Origin: a virus | Taxonomy: Duplodnaviria; Caudoviricetes | Reading direction: 5' to 3' (one strand) | Virus record (IMG/VR): IMGVR_UViG_2687453785_000009 | Length of the DNA: 64,000 nt | Shown here: positions 1 to 9,312 of the stretch, one piece after another | How the letters are laid out: each line of letters opens with the position of its first letter | Numbering within the stretch: the first letter of the stretch is position 1 | Program-made: the position numbers and the translations under genes | Notes under the pieces: generated by a model | Told to the model about the DNA's origin: nothing | The model's database searches: none | What the model saw: the letters and a program-made list of their open reading frames with translations, nothing else

Positions 1-30
1 TCGTGCTGCGGGTGGCCGGGCGGGCGGCGC

Positions 31-273
31 TTACAGCACGGCGGCGATTCGTTCGCGTGTTGCCTTGGGCAAGCCGCTGGAGTGCGCACGGCTGATTTGC
101 GTCAGCAGTTTGTGCATTTCGGCAACGCCAGCAGTGTGCAGGGCGCGCTCGGCGCCAAGCCGGTAGGCGTATGCCTGAACCTCGGCCACGCTGGTGGTAG
201 CGCCGTCCTGGTCAGCCAGGTACAGCTCACGGTCGGCGGCCAGGGCATGGGTGTCTTCGTTGGCGATCTGCAT
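31..273 (-). CDS. Phage hypothetical protein
   Basis: 80-aa ORF co-oriented with the left early operon. Confidence 0.6.
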   Translation of the reverse strand: MQIANEDTHALAADRELYLADQDGATTSVAEVQAYAYRLGAERALHTAGVAEMHKLLTQISRAHSSGLPKATRERIAAVL

Positions 274-367
274 CTAGTCGTTCCTCGGCACTGGCGTGTG
301 CCAATGCGTTACAAGGCTGCGGTAAGTGATAGGCGCGGCGCCGTGCTGGCGCCGGCAGAAATAGCGG

Positions 368-1375
368 CTAGATGCCGTTGCGCTTCAGCTGTTCCTTCAA
401 CTGAGTCGGAACGCGGCGGATCGTCAGGCAGTCACGGGCGCTATCAAACTCAATTTGCGAGCCCAGCAAGTGAGACTCGAAGCTAATCGACAGGCCTTCG
501 GCGCGGCCCGTGAATCGGCGGAACTGGTTGATGGTGCGCTTGTCCGCCGGGATCTCTGTCGACAGGCCGTAATCCTTGTTTCGGATATGGTCGTGGAAGG
601 CTTTAGGCCGCTCTTCATCTATCAGTTCGGACAGCTCCACCAAGGTCATCGGTTCGCCGATTTTGGCCTGGCTGGTTGCATAGCCGAGCAGGGCGTCAGT
701 TTTCTCCCGCGCCAGATCCTCCGGAAGATCTTCGCTTTCAACGAAGTCGCTAAACGCTTTGAGCAAGGTGCGGGTTTCGCTTGGCGCGTCCAGGCCTTCC
801 TGGCAGCCGATGAAATCGCGGAAATATTCGGACGCCTTTCGCCCGTTCTTACCCTTGATGAACGAAATGTATTGCTTGGAGTTGGCGTTGTTCAGCCATT
901 CTGAAATGTTGATTCGCGCGGCCAGGTGTAGCTGGCCGAGGTCGAGGTGCTTGGCCTGCGTCACGCACAGTGCGTCGGTGACGGTCACACCTTCGCTGTG
1001 CTGCAGCAGGGCGATGCTCAGGTAGTCCGTCATGCCTTGCTGGTAGTGGACGAACAGAACGTGACCGCCGGTGGAAAGGTTAGATTCCTCCATCAGCTTC
1101 ACCAGGTGCTCCACGGCCTGACGGCTGAAGCTGACAAAATCACGCTCGGTCCGAATGTACTCGCCAAGCCAGCGGCTGAGCGGGTAAACGCCAGATTCAG
1201 CGTGAAAGAAGCCCCAGGCCTTGCCCTGCTTGGCGTTGTAGCTGTCGTTGAGGTCGGCGTGCATGTTGTCGAGTGCCTGCGACTCTCCCAGCTCGCTGCT
1301 GCTGGTATACAGCACGGCGGGCGTGCCGTCTGGCTTCTTGTCGATCAGGTGGATGATGCTGTGGCGGATTGGCAT
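368..1375 (-). CDS. yejK: Nucleoid-associated protein, YejK/NdpA family (phage copy)
   Basis: [22 protein letters not shown] start; [12 protein letters not shown] and YFRDFIGC motifs; 335 aa. Confidence 0.92.
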   Translation of the reverse strand: MPIRHSIIHLIDKKPDGTPAVLYTSSSELGESQALDNMHADLNDSYNAKQGKAWGFFHAESGVYPLSRWLGEYIRTERDFVSFSRQAVEHLVKLMEESNLSTGGHVLFVHYQQGMTDYLSIALLQHSEGVTVTDALCVTQAKHLDLGQLHLAARINISEWLNNANSKQYISFIKGKNGRKASEYFRDFIGCQEGLDAPSETRTLLKAFSDFVESEDLPEDLAREKTDALLGYATSQAKIGEPMTLVELSELIDEERPKAFHDHIRNKDYGLSTEIPADKRTINQFRRFTGRAEGLSISFESHLLGSQIEFDSARDCLTIRRVPTQLKEQLKRNGI

Positions 1376-1432
1376 GTCGATTATCTCGGGTAGGCGCTGC
1401 CCTCCGTGACCGGATGCAGCTTGCTGGGTTGG

Positions 1433-1729
1433 TTATTCGGGCTCATCTGGAGCAACGAACTCGGCGAGTTCGCGCGCCACGCTTTCGCTTATGTGTATTT
1501 CGTGGCGCGGAATTGCGAAGGCTGGCGCTGATTGCTCGGCAGGCATGGCCGCCAGGTTGATCAGCATCAGCGACATGGCCTCACCTTTTTGCTTGATGCC
1601 GTGGCGTTGCATGAGGGTTGCTAGGGCGGCAGCTGTGCCCGGGTAGGTCTTGAGGCGCAACTCTTCAGCGCCGCGGGCTGCATCCTTTTCTGCTGAAGCC
1701 AGGTTGCGCTCCTGCTGGGACTTGGCCAT
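1433..1729 (-). CDS. Phage hypothetical protein
   Basis: MAKSQQER... 98 aa with GGAGG RBS. Confidence 0.7.
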   Translation of the reverse strand: MAKSQQERNLASAEKDAARGAEELRLKTYPGTAAALATLMQRHGIKQKGEAMSLMLINLAAMPAEQSAPAFAIPRHEIHISESVARELAEFVAPDEPE

Positions 1730-1854
1730 CAGGGGGCCTCCTTCACTGTTTGAGTCAGCGGCTCGCGCAGCTTTGGTGCGCGATCGCTATTACGCAGATC
1801 ATGGTCTGCGATTCTCCGTGCCGCGATTTTGCGGATGATTCGGATGCGTTTCAC
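1729..1854 (-). CDS. Small basic protein (41 aa, VKRIRIIRKIAARR...), not in ORF track
   Basis: Hand translation; GTG overlaps the upstream stop and its TGA overlaps the next ATG. Confidence 0.5.
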   Translation of the reverse strand: MKRIRIIRKIAARRIADHDLRNSDRAPKLREPLTQTVKEAP

Positions 1855-2219
1855 TCCGAAGCCGCCGGCCGCTTGAGCGTGATCTGGTAGCGCGCTGCCA
1901 GGCGCTCAACATCCGGCGAGGTCATGCAGATGCCGTGCGAGCGCAGCAGGCCGCGCATTTGGCGGGGCGTGCGCGGCGCGCTGCCTGTGTTGTCGGTGAT
2001 GATCAGGTTGTCGCGCATCAGGGCGACGGCCTGAGTCTCTTTCTTGGCGGCGTCCCGGTAAGTGCTCGGCTTGGCGCTTTGCTTGCCGTAGCTGGTTGGC
2101 CGGTGTGGCGCGCGCTCGGTGTGGCTGAGTACCTGAACGCGGCCGGTGAAGGAGGCCATCAGTGCGGCAAGTTCGTTGCGCTCAGGCGCTTTGACTGCAA
2201 TCAGTGCAGGTGCATACAT
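1851..2219 (-). CDS. Phage hypothetical protein
   Basis: ORF in early operon; probable start MYAPAL. Confidence 0.6.
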   Translation of the reverse strand: MYAPALIAVKAPERNELAALMASFTGRVQVLSHTERAPHRPTSYGKQSAKPSTYRDAAKKETQAVALMRDNLIITDNTGSAPRTPRQMRGLLRSHGICMTSPDVERLAARYQITLKRPAASE

Positions 2220-2267
2220 GGGAATGTCTCGGCAAAAAGAAGGGCGCCACATGGGCGCCCGAAGCGG

Positions 2268-2783
2268 TTAGACGATGAGGCAGCGGGAGCCTCGGTAGGG
2301 GTCGGCAAACGGTATGTCGTCATCGAAGCTGTCGTAGTCCGGTGCCGGCTGGCCGGTTGGCTGCTGCGTGCGTGGGGCTGGCTGGCGGGCTGCTTGATCT
2401 TGCGATGGGCGCTGCTGCTGCGGCGCCGTGCCATCCTCACGCCTGCCGCCCAGCAACTGCATGGTGCCCTGCATGTCCACGACGATTTCAGTGGTGTAGC
2501 GCTTGATGCCGTCCTTCTCCCACTCACGGGTCTGCAGCTTGCCCTCGATGTAGACCTGGGAGCCTTTGCGCAGGTACTCGCCAGCAATCTCGGCAACCTT
2601 GCCGAACATGGCCACGCGGTGCCATTCGGTCTTTTCGACCTTCTGGCCGGTCTGCTTGTCCGTCCATTGCTCGCTGGTGGCCAGGCTCAGGTTGGTGACC
2701 GCGTTGCCGTTGGGCATGTAGCGGGTGTCAGGGTCTTGGCCGCAGGTGCCGACCAGAATGACTTTGTTTACGCCGCGGGCCAT
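2268..2783 (-). CDS. ssb: Single-stranded DNA-binding protein
   Basis: [12 protein letters not shown]...TEWHRV...[17 protein letters not shown]; DDDIPF tip. Confidence 0.97.
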   Translation of the reverse strand: MARGVNKVILVGTCGQDPDTRYMPNGNAVTNLSLATSEQWTDKQTGQKVEKTEWHRVAMFGKVAEIAGEYLRKGSQVYIEGKLQTREWEKDGIKRYTTEIVVDMQGTMQLLGGRREDGTAPQQQRPSQDQAARQPAPRTQQPTGQPAPDYDSFDDDIPFADPYRGSRCLIV

Positions 2784-2784
2784 G

Positions 2785-3360
2785 TCAGAAAACCTCTCCG
2801 ACAGGCTGAAGCGCCTGAATGCCAAAGTAAACGCGGGCGCAAGCGGCGGCGTCAGCAGCGGCGCGGTGCGCCTCGATCAGCTCTTCTCCGGTGAAGTGCT
2901 TGTAGGCTTCGCCCAGCTTTGGCAGCTTGTTCGCTGGAAGCGCCACAATGCTGCGCGACTGCTGACAGGTGCAGTATTTCGGGCCGGCCTTGAACTGATC
3001 TGCAATTTCCTCGCTGAAGTAGCGCTTCAGTCCGATGCGGATAATGCGATCGTCAAAGTTGACGTTGTGGGCAATCCGCAAGCTGGCCTTTGCATGAATT
3101 GCCAGGAAGCCCTCAAGCGCTTCGGCCTCGCTGATGCCAACGTCCATTGCCAGCTCGTTCGTAATGCCGTGAACAGCAATCACATCGTCAGGGATGATCC
3201 AGCCATCCGGCTTGATGATCGCCTCAAACTGCTCAACCAGTTCGCCGGCATCGTTGTAGAGCAGGGCGGCAAGCTCAACCAGGTGTGGCTGGCTCGGGTC
3301 ATCGCTCGGGATCTTCCAGTTAGGTAAGCCGGTTGTTTCGGTATCGAATGCGTTCTTCAT
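2785..3360 (-). CDS. DEDDh 3'-5' exonuclease (DnaQ-like)
   Basis: FDTETTG, AHNVNFD, AHRAAAD motifs. Confidence 0.92.
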   Translation of the reverse strand: MKNAFDTETTGLPNWKIPSDDPSQPHLVELAALLYNDAGELVEQFEAIIKPDGWIIPDDVIAVHGITNELAMDVGISEAEALEGFLAIHAKASLRIAHNVNFDDRIIRIGLKRYFSEEIADQFKAGPKYCTCQQSRSIVALPANKLPKLGEAYKHFTGEELIEAHRAAADAAACARVYFGIQALQPVGEVF

Positions 3361-3416
3361 GAGCTGTTCCTAAATTATCCGGCAGCACGCTGTGCAGGCG
3401 TGCCGCCGTGATCGGG

Positions 3417-5060
3417 TTATGCCGCAGACGAATTAATCATGTCCGAGCAGTCGTAGTTGTAGGCGGCAGTGATCCAGCCGCCAAACGCCGTCATGCCCAA
3501 GGCAACGTCTTCAGTTGGCCCTTCGATAACGATGGTGATGCGCCGCACCTGGGCCTGTGTCACAGGCTCAGGCTGCGCGTTAGCAGCCGGCGCTGAGCGG
3601 GTAACGCTGCCGCGCGAGGAAACACCAACTGGTGCTGTTCCTGTCGCTGGAGAGGGCGCAACAGCGGCACTTGGTAGGACCTGCACCTCGCTCGCCGGAG
3701 GTGATGAATCTTTGCTTTTCTCTGCCAGGAGGGCGGCTGCAGCTTCCTCATTGGCTACGCGCTCTTCCTCGAGCTTTTTAGCTTTGGCTTGCTCTTCCTC
3801 GTACTCGTTAATGCGCGACTTGATCAGCAGCTCAAAGTCATCATTGGCCTTGAGAATCAGCGACTGCGCATCACGAAACAGAAAGGCATGGTCGGCTGCC
3901 AGAGTGCGCAGGCTTTCCAGGTTGATGCGAATTGCGTCGGCGATACGGTTGGCTTCGATCTTGGCGCGAGCCAGTTCGGAATCAACGGCATCGCGCAGAC
4001 TGGCCAGCGTGCGCTTGTTCTTCATGGCGCCGGCAAAGTCGGTGGCCACCGAAGGCATGACCAGGCGGCCAAGGGTCTTGTTGATCGTGGCGATGTGATC
4101 GGTAAAGGCAGCCTCGGCCTTGGCCTTGATCGCTACCTTGATCGACACCTCTTGCGATTTGACGCGCTTGTCCACCGCCAGGCGGGTGTCGCGGGCATAG
4201 GCCTTAACCCGGTCCAGAGCCTTGAACAGCTCTTCAATGCTGGCGGTCTGGCTTAGCGCCTGCTTCTTGGCTGCCTCAACAGCCGCCTCAACATCGCCGC
4301 ACCACTTTACGGCCTTCTTGGCGTCGGCAAAGTCTTGGTCTGTTTGCAGGTCAGTTTTAACCGCCCCGATAACGGCCATGGCCGACTCTTCAAACACTTT
4401 CAGGTTGCTGGCGGTCACCATGCCAGTCAGCTCAATGCGAAGTGCAGGCAGTTCATCCGGGGCCTTGCCTACCACTTCTTGGGGCTGCTCGACTGGTACG
4501 AACTCAGCCAGATCAGCCTCAAACTGAGCCCAGCCGGCCAGCAGCTGCTCGGCTCGGCCCGGCACTGGCCGGTATTCCAATTGATGGAAGTTCTCGGCAG
4601 TTCCGTCCGAGCACACGAAGATCGCCTTCTCGGCGCCGCTGACCAGCAGTTGCTGCTCAAGCTGCCAGTAATAGTGCGGTTCAAGTTCGCCGGCCTTGAT
4701 CTGCGCTACCAGGCCTTGATTCAGCAGCTTGTGCTCAAACAGCACATCTTCAAGCATGGTCATACCGTCCATGCTGGCCAGCAGCATGCCGCTGGAGGCG
4801 ACGACGGGGAAAAGATCCTCGCCGATCATGTCTTCAAGGATGGCGCGGGCCGATGCTTCTGCTGCATGGCCCTGGTCGAAGATGCGCTGCGTAGCCTGGT
4901 CAACGTCCGGCGCGATGCCGGACTTCTTCAGGGCCAGCAAGTCGGTGCGGGACTGGTACTTCGACACGCCCATCATGGCGGGCGCTTCGGAGGCGGTGAA
5001 GAACTTGGAGCGCAATGCCAGCCACTCCGGCGAGCCCTGTACCTCGGTATGGATTTTCAT
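3417..5060 (-). CDS. YqaJ-like viral recombinase exonuclease with long coiled-coil C-terminus
   Basis: QGSPEWLALR, TASE, ASMDG, FEHK, YYWQLEQQL motifs. Confidence 0.92.
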   Translation of the reverse strand: MKIHTEVQGSPEWLALRSKFFTASEAPAMMGVSKYQSRTDLLALKKSGIAPDVDQATQRIFDQGHAAEASARAILEDMIGEDLFPVVASSGMLLASMDGMTMLEDVLFEHKLLNQGLVAQIKAGELEPHYYWQLEQQLLVSGAEKAIFVCSDGTAENFHQLEYRPVPGRAEQLLAGWAQFEADLAEFVPVEQPQEVVGKAPDELPALRIELTGMVTASNLKVFEESAMAVIGAVKTDLQTDQDFADAKKAVKWCGDVEAAVEAAKKQALSQTASIEELFKALDRVKAYARDTRLAVDKRVKSQEVSIKVAIKAKAEAAFTDHIATINKTLGRLVMPSVATDFAGAMKNKRTLASLRDAVDSELARAKIEANRIADAIRINLESLRTLAADHAFLFRDAQSLILKANDDFELLIKSRINEYEEEQAKAKKLEEERVANEEAAAALLAEKSKDSSPPASEVQVLPSAAVAPSPATGTAPVGVSSRGSVTRSAPAANAQPEPVTQAQVRRITIVIEGPTEDVALGMTAFGGWITAAYNYDCSDMINSSAA

Positions 5061-5962
5061 GCTTGCTCTCCTTCAAGCGCCTCAAGCGCCTCGATCTGTT
5101 TGATTTGCTCGGGGCTGAGCGTGTACTTGGTGCTGATTTTTGCGATGACGTGGGCAGCGCTGCTCTTCTTTGCATCGAAGCTGGCGCTCCAGGCAGGCAT
5201 GCTTTCTTCCAGCTTGCTGTCGGGGTATGGCGGCAGGTCAGGTGATGCAGGGGGCTGCGGAGAGGGCGGTGTCACATCGCGCGGCCCGCTTTCTGACTCT
5301 TCCAACTCATCCTTGGAATACACGCCCATGATCACGTCAGGGCAGTACAGGCGGCTCCAGCGCTTGGTTGCCAGGTAGGCAAGCTGCTGCTTTGGATCGT
5401 CAGCCCACAGTGTTGAGTTGCGAGTGCGAGCCTGGGCCAGTAGCAAGGTCAGCTCGCGGGGCTCGTCCTCACCGCGCATGGTTGCCCACACCCGAACGCC
5501 AAGCCCTTTCTCGTCCTCCAGTTTCCAGTCAGGAAAACGGAATTTCTTGGGCTCGCCCGTGTCCTCGTCTTTTTTGCTCTTGCTTTCAACTTCACGGAAG
5601 CGGCCGATGATCTTTTCCCAAGGTCCAAACCACTCGTAATGCAGGCGATCTACAGTCGGCGCCATCGCAGTGATCACTGCGTTAACAAGCTGTGCCTCGT
5701 AGCCGAGGGTTCCGCTGACCACATGGGTCTTTTGCGCGACAGCGTAGGGGCTCATGCCCCATTGCATTGACTGGATAACCACGGCCATACAGTCGGCCGG
5801 GTTGTTGTGGAAGTGCTTTGGCACCGTGGCACGACCGCTAGCCATCAGGTCGGCCAGCTTCATCATGCGTTCAAAACTGTCACCGGCCAGAACCAGGGAG
5901 CGGGTGTCTGCGTCGATTCGACTGACCTGGCTTAGCACCGGGTCGACTACTTTTTGGTTCAT
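5057..5962 (-). CDS. RecT-family single-strand annealing protein
   Basis: NPADCMAV, QWGMSPYAVAQKTH, GYEAQL, WADDPKQQLAY; start MNQKVV with GGAG RBS. Confidence 0.9.
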   Translation of the reverse strand: MNQKVVDPVLSQVSRIDADTRSLVLAGDSFERMMKLADLMASGRATVPKHFHNNPADCMAVVIQSMQWGMSPYAVAQKTHVVSGTLGYEAQLVNAVITAMAPTVDRLHYEWFGPWEKIIGRFREVESKSKKDEDTGEPKKFRFPDWKLEDEKGLGVRVWATMRGEDEPRELTLLLAQARTRNSTLWADDPKQQLAYLATKRWSRLYCPDVIMGVYSKDELEESESGPRDVTPPSPQPPASPDLPPYPDSKLEESMPAWSASFDAKKSSAAHVIAKISTKYTLSPEQIKQIEALEALEGEQA

Positions 5963-6021
5963 GTAGATCTCCAGGCGCGCCAAAGCTGCGGCGCGCGCAT
6001 TGGGTGAAGAGGGGGAAGGGG

Positions 6022-6141
6022 TTACAGCTGCTGTATGGCGTCGGTAGCGGCCAGCAGCAGGCAGAAGAGGGTTACTACCAAGAACGCGACTGCAGATCCG
6101 CGCCAGTGGGCGATGCGCCTGGTGCGCTGGCGGGCGCTCAT
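6022..6141 (-). CDS. Small membrane peptide (39 aa, MSARQRTRRIAHWRGSAVAFLVVTLFCLLL...)
   Basis: Hand translation; ATGA overlap with upstream ORF; basic N-terminus plus one hydrophobic helix. Confidence 0.55.
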   Translation of the reverse strand: MSARQRTRRIAHWRGSAVAFLVVTLFCLLLAATDAIQQL

Positions 6142-6272
6142 GCTTTTGCCTCGGCGATCCAGATGCCGTTTTCACGCATTGGCTGGCGGCTAAGCTGCTC
6201 TGGAAGGTACAGGCCGGCGGCGATTAGCTGGCCGATCAGGCCGTTGATGCTCGGGTCGCGATATTTCTTCAC
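6138..6272 (-). CDS. Small hypothetical protein (44 aa)
   Basis: GTG start overlapping the previous stop; GGAG RBS. Confidence 0.5.
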   Translation of the reverse strand: MKKYRDPSINGLIGQLIAAGLYLPEQLSRQPMRENGIWIAEAKA

Positions 6273-6589
6273 GCTGCGCGCTCCTGTTCCGCCTGATTTG
6301 CGTCGAACACTCGACGGGCCTCGCACTCCATGAACTCTGCGCGATGCTTGTCGGTGTGCTGGTCGATCTTGAAAATGACCAGGGCAAGATCTGGTGCCCG
6401 ATCCATGATCACGGCCATCAGCTCTGGCCATGTGCCGCGGCGCGTATCGCTCAGCAGCGCCTTGCACAGCTCGGTTACCAGCGCGCTATCAATCCAGCCC
6501 GCGGAATGCTCGGCGTATGCGGCCAGGGTTTGCTCGTCGCCAGCGTCGATTGCTTCATGGATGCTTTGTTCGATCTGCTGCAGTTTCAC
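6269..6589 (-). CDS. Phage hypothetical protein
   Basis: GTG start after AGGAGG (VKLQQIEQSIHEAID...). Confidence 0.65.
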   Translation of the reverse strand: MKLQQIEQSIHEAIDAGDEQTLAAYAEHSAGWIDSALVTELCKALLSDTRRGTWPELMAVIMDRAPDLALVIFKIDQHTDKHRAEFMECEARRVFDANQAEQERAA

Positions 6590-7099
6590 AGGTGCCTCCT
6601 GGCGCCGTTCAGCGCGCACAAAAAAGCCCGAGCGAATCGGGCTGGTGTTGAATGTTTGCCGGGGTGCGCCGCTCCGGCCAGGCTTGCGGGGTATTGGTCC
6701 GCTGGCGAGCACTCCAGTGCTCGTGCCTACGATGTATCGTGACGCCTCACGGCGGGCCAAGTGCCTTACCAATGCCCAAAGCGGGCGTGATGCCGACGAT
6801 ATGTCTGCATCGGTAGAGCATCGAACCCAAGCTTCTTATGGGCGTCCTGCAAAACACATGGTTGCAGCCATGCTCGATGCTCTCCGATGCAGCCTGGTTG
6901 CCCAGGTGATCGGTCCCCCCTAATGCCACCCGCGGGGCTACGGGCCGTTGACGGCGTTATTGCCCGGCTTCTGTGTTTCCTGCTGGGACGCGAGAGCTGG
7001 CAGCTTAGGGCCGGCGAGCTAATCATCAGCAGAGGGCGGACACAGCGGCCGCTTGGTGCTCAGGTAGCCGCTAACGGCGGCGAGTCGTGGCGCTGGTTG

Positions 7100-7291
7100 T
7101 TACTTCAACACCTCAACCGCTTTGACTTCGCGGCTGTCGTAGATTGCTCGCTCGGCGGTTTCGCCATCCTGCAGGGTGAACGTCTCGATGACGCCGACCT
7201 CGCCGGTTGCGTGGTCTGTAATGCCCGTCACGGTGACGCGAACCTCTTTATCGTGACCGCAGTGGGCTGAGACTTTTACGTTACTGGTCAT
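7100..7291 (-). CDS. Small hypothetical protein, first clear gene of the PL operon
   Basis: MTSNVKVSAHCG... with GGAGG RBS. Confidence 0.65.
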   Translation of the reverse strand: MTSNVKVSAHCGHDKEVRVTVTGITDHATGEVGVIETFTLQDGETAERAIYDSREVKAVEVLK

Positions 7292-7594
7292 GGTGTTCCT
7301 CCGGTTGGTTTCCCAATGCACCCGTCGCCAGGTGCATCAGTGAAAATTCCGTGCTGCGTGTTGCTGCCTCAGTTATTCGGCACTGTGGGCTGGCCTGCCT
7401 TGCGGCGATCTAGTTGTGCGTGGTGCCGGAGTCTTCTCGCTGCCCAGGCGCGCTACTGGCGGGCCGGGTGGCTACACAACATCGCGTGCTTGCATGTGGA
7501 AGCACGGCCAGTTCCAGAGCTGGCGTGGCAGTCGAAATTTGTGGCTCGCGCTGTACGGATAAACCGGATCGACTGGCGAGGATCTTGGCGGTGG

Positions 7595-7603
7595 TAAAGA
7601 GCG
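7595..7603 (-). promoter_or_regulatory. boxA antitermination element (CGCTCTTTA)
   Basis: Exact lambdoid boxA consensus just downstream of PL. Confidence 0.65.
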
Positions 7604-7659
7604 TTTCGGTTGCCCGAGGCCTCTCGGCCTGTCGATGCGGTGTTGCTGCGTCGACGGGT

Positions 7660-7703
7660 TAAATATGCACTGGTGCATTACAGGTGTCAATGCACACGTG
7701 CAT
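7660..7703 (-). promoter_or_regulatory. PL promoter with OL operators ATGCAC-N2-GTGCAT (7665-7678, 7690-7703)
   Basis: TTGACA on the minus strand at 7690-7685, overlapped by palindromes that match the one at OR. Confidence 0.8.
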
Positions 7704-7804
7704 AAAAAGTTTGATTTCGGTGATATGCACCGTTTTTATCGAAAATGGTGGTTTTTGGTGCATATTCTCTGGGCGTGTAAGTGAGTCAGGCCATTGGCGC
7801 CCAC

Positions 7805-7831
7805 AAAAAAGCCCGCTCGGTGGCGGGGCTT
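7805..7831 (-). terminator. Rho-independent terminator, copy 1 of 3
   Basis: AAGCCCCGCCACCGAGCGGGCTTTTTT on minus strand. Confidence 0.75.
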
Positions 7832-7878
7832 GGGTGTTCTGGATCAGTCGGCCAGGACGGCCGGGGGAGGGCGGTAAC

Positions 7879-7906
7879 AAAAAGCCCCGCTCGGTGGCGG
7901 GGCTTT
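7879..7906 (-). terminator. Rho-independent terminator, copy 2 of 3
   Basis: AAAGCCCCGCCACCGAGCGGGGCTTTTT on minus strand. Confidence 0.8.
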
Positions 7907-7920
7907 GGTGTTGGTATCAA

Positions 7921-8649
7921 TCAGCCAATATTACTAACGTTCAGTGCTGATGCTGCGGTGTATGTTGAATCAGGATTTCCAGACGCTATGCACGCAGCAC
8001 GGATAGTCTGGAGCTTGGCAGGGCCTACACCTTTGAGGCTTAACAGTGTGTCATCCGCCGCTTCAGTAATTAACCGCGGGGTTGTTAAGCCTATAGCGAT
8101 CATTGAGTCCTGAGTCTCGACGGACAGTCCGCTGATAGTTGAAACGAATGGCGGGAAGAAGCGATTAATCAAAAAATCACTACCGCCATGGGCGCTGACA
8201 TAGCTGGCCCAGCGATCATCAGTCAGTTCCTCCTGAAGTAAGCGCCGACGTCCATCTATGCTAGATCGCTTCTCTACGATGCTGCGGACGATTTTTAAGA
8301 AGCTCACATAACCAGTGTCATCAAATGGAATCGGGCCAATATCTGATGCCGTAGTTGTTCCTGTCCGCAAGGCGGCAAATGCAGGAGCCACCACTGGAAT
8401 CCATATTCCATTAGCCATGGCTGGTTCATATGGCGGTGGTGTGCCGTCTGATGGGTGAGAGACTCTATGGTAGTTGAGCGCTTCAAGAGGCGTTCTCAGT
8501 TGCAGGGTTGCGCAGAACTCAAGGGTCGAGAATCCGTCGTCATTAAGTCCCATTCTCGAAATCTCGGCAGCAGTCTGGCCCGCATTGCTGGATTTTCCGG
8601 ATATGTTGTTGGCTCCGAATATGCTCTTGATCGTCGATAAAAATCCCAC
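7921..8649 (-). CDS. Accessory hypothetical protein with C-terminal helix-hairpin-helix
   Basis: LLSLKGVGPAKLQTIR HhH motif; AT-richer than flanks. Confidence 0.7.
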   Translation of the reverse strand: MGFLSTIKSIFGANNISGKSSNAGQTAAEISRMGLNDDGFSTLEFCATLQLRTPLEALNYHRVSHPSDGTPPPYEPAMANGIWIPVVAPAFAALRTGTTTASDIGPIPFDDTGYVSFLKIVRSIVEKRSSIDGRRRLLQEELTDDRWASYVSAHGGSDFLINRFFPPFVSTISGLSVETQDSMIAIGLTTPRLITEAADDTLLSLKGVGPAKLQTIRAACIASGNPDSTYTAASALNVSNIG

Positions 8650-8759
8650 TGAGGCGTCTCCTTGTCTGTCCAGGCTATCCGAAGGCTTGTGTGATGAAAG
8701 GGGCCAATCGTTGTGTCATGGGGGGCAGCGCTTCAAGTGTGGACTGTAGGCGTCTTGCT

Positions 8760-9203
8760 TCAGCTCTGAGGTTGATCAAAGTCGCCGGCTGCCCACTTGC
8801 GTTGGAACTCGGCCTTGGCGTGACTCTTGAGGCTCAGGCATTCAACCATGTGTTGGTCGCTCTGCCAGTTATCGCACCCGCGAGGTTCTTGGTAGAACTT
8901 ATCCCAGGCTGCGCTTCGGCGCCGCTCACGCTCAGCGCTCAGGCGCATCTCCTCTGCATCTTTGGCCATTTGATCCCGCTTGAGTTGCCGGATCGCTGCA
9001 TCAGCTTGGGCTGCCTGTTGTTGGCGTGCCAGCTGCTGCTCTGTGATTTGCTGTTGAATACGTTGGGCGCTCAAGATTTGGCGTTCAGCCATGTTCTCGA
9101 TAACAGCAATTCGGCCGTAGTAGCCAATCAGCGCAATGGCTACGGTTCCCACTAGGCCGACAAGCCAGGCGGTAGGGGATGATGGTCTACGGCGTCGTGC
9201 CAT
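8760..9203 (-). CDS. Membrane-anchored hypothetical protein
   Basis: One TM helix, Q-rich coiled coil, C-terminal Cys pair. Confidence 0.75.
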   Translation of the reverse strand: MARRRRPSSPTAWLVGLVGTVAIALIGYYGRIAVIENMAERQILSAQRIQQQITEQQLARQQQAAQADAAIRQLKRDQMAKDAEEMRLSAERERRRSAAWDKFYQEPRGCDNWQSDQHMVECLSLKSHAKAEFQRKWAAGDFDQPQS

Positions 9204-9270
9204 GACAGTGCTCCATGCAAGTGAGGCTTTATGCTATCTGGCGGGGGTATGGCGGGGAAGGGGCAGAAAC

Positions 9271-9297
9271 AAAAAGCCCCGCTCGGTGGCGGGGCTT
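9271..9297 (-). terminator. Rho-independent terminator, copy 3 of 3
   Basis: Same hairpin as at 7879. Confidence 0.8.
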
Positions 9298-9312
9298 AGG
9301 CAGTGGAGTGGA

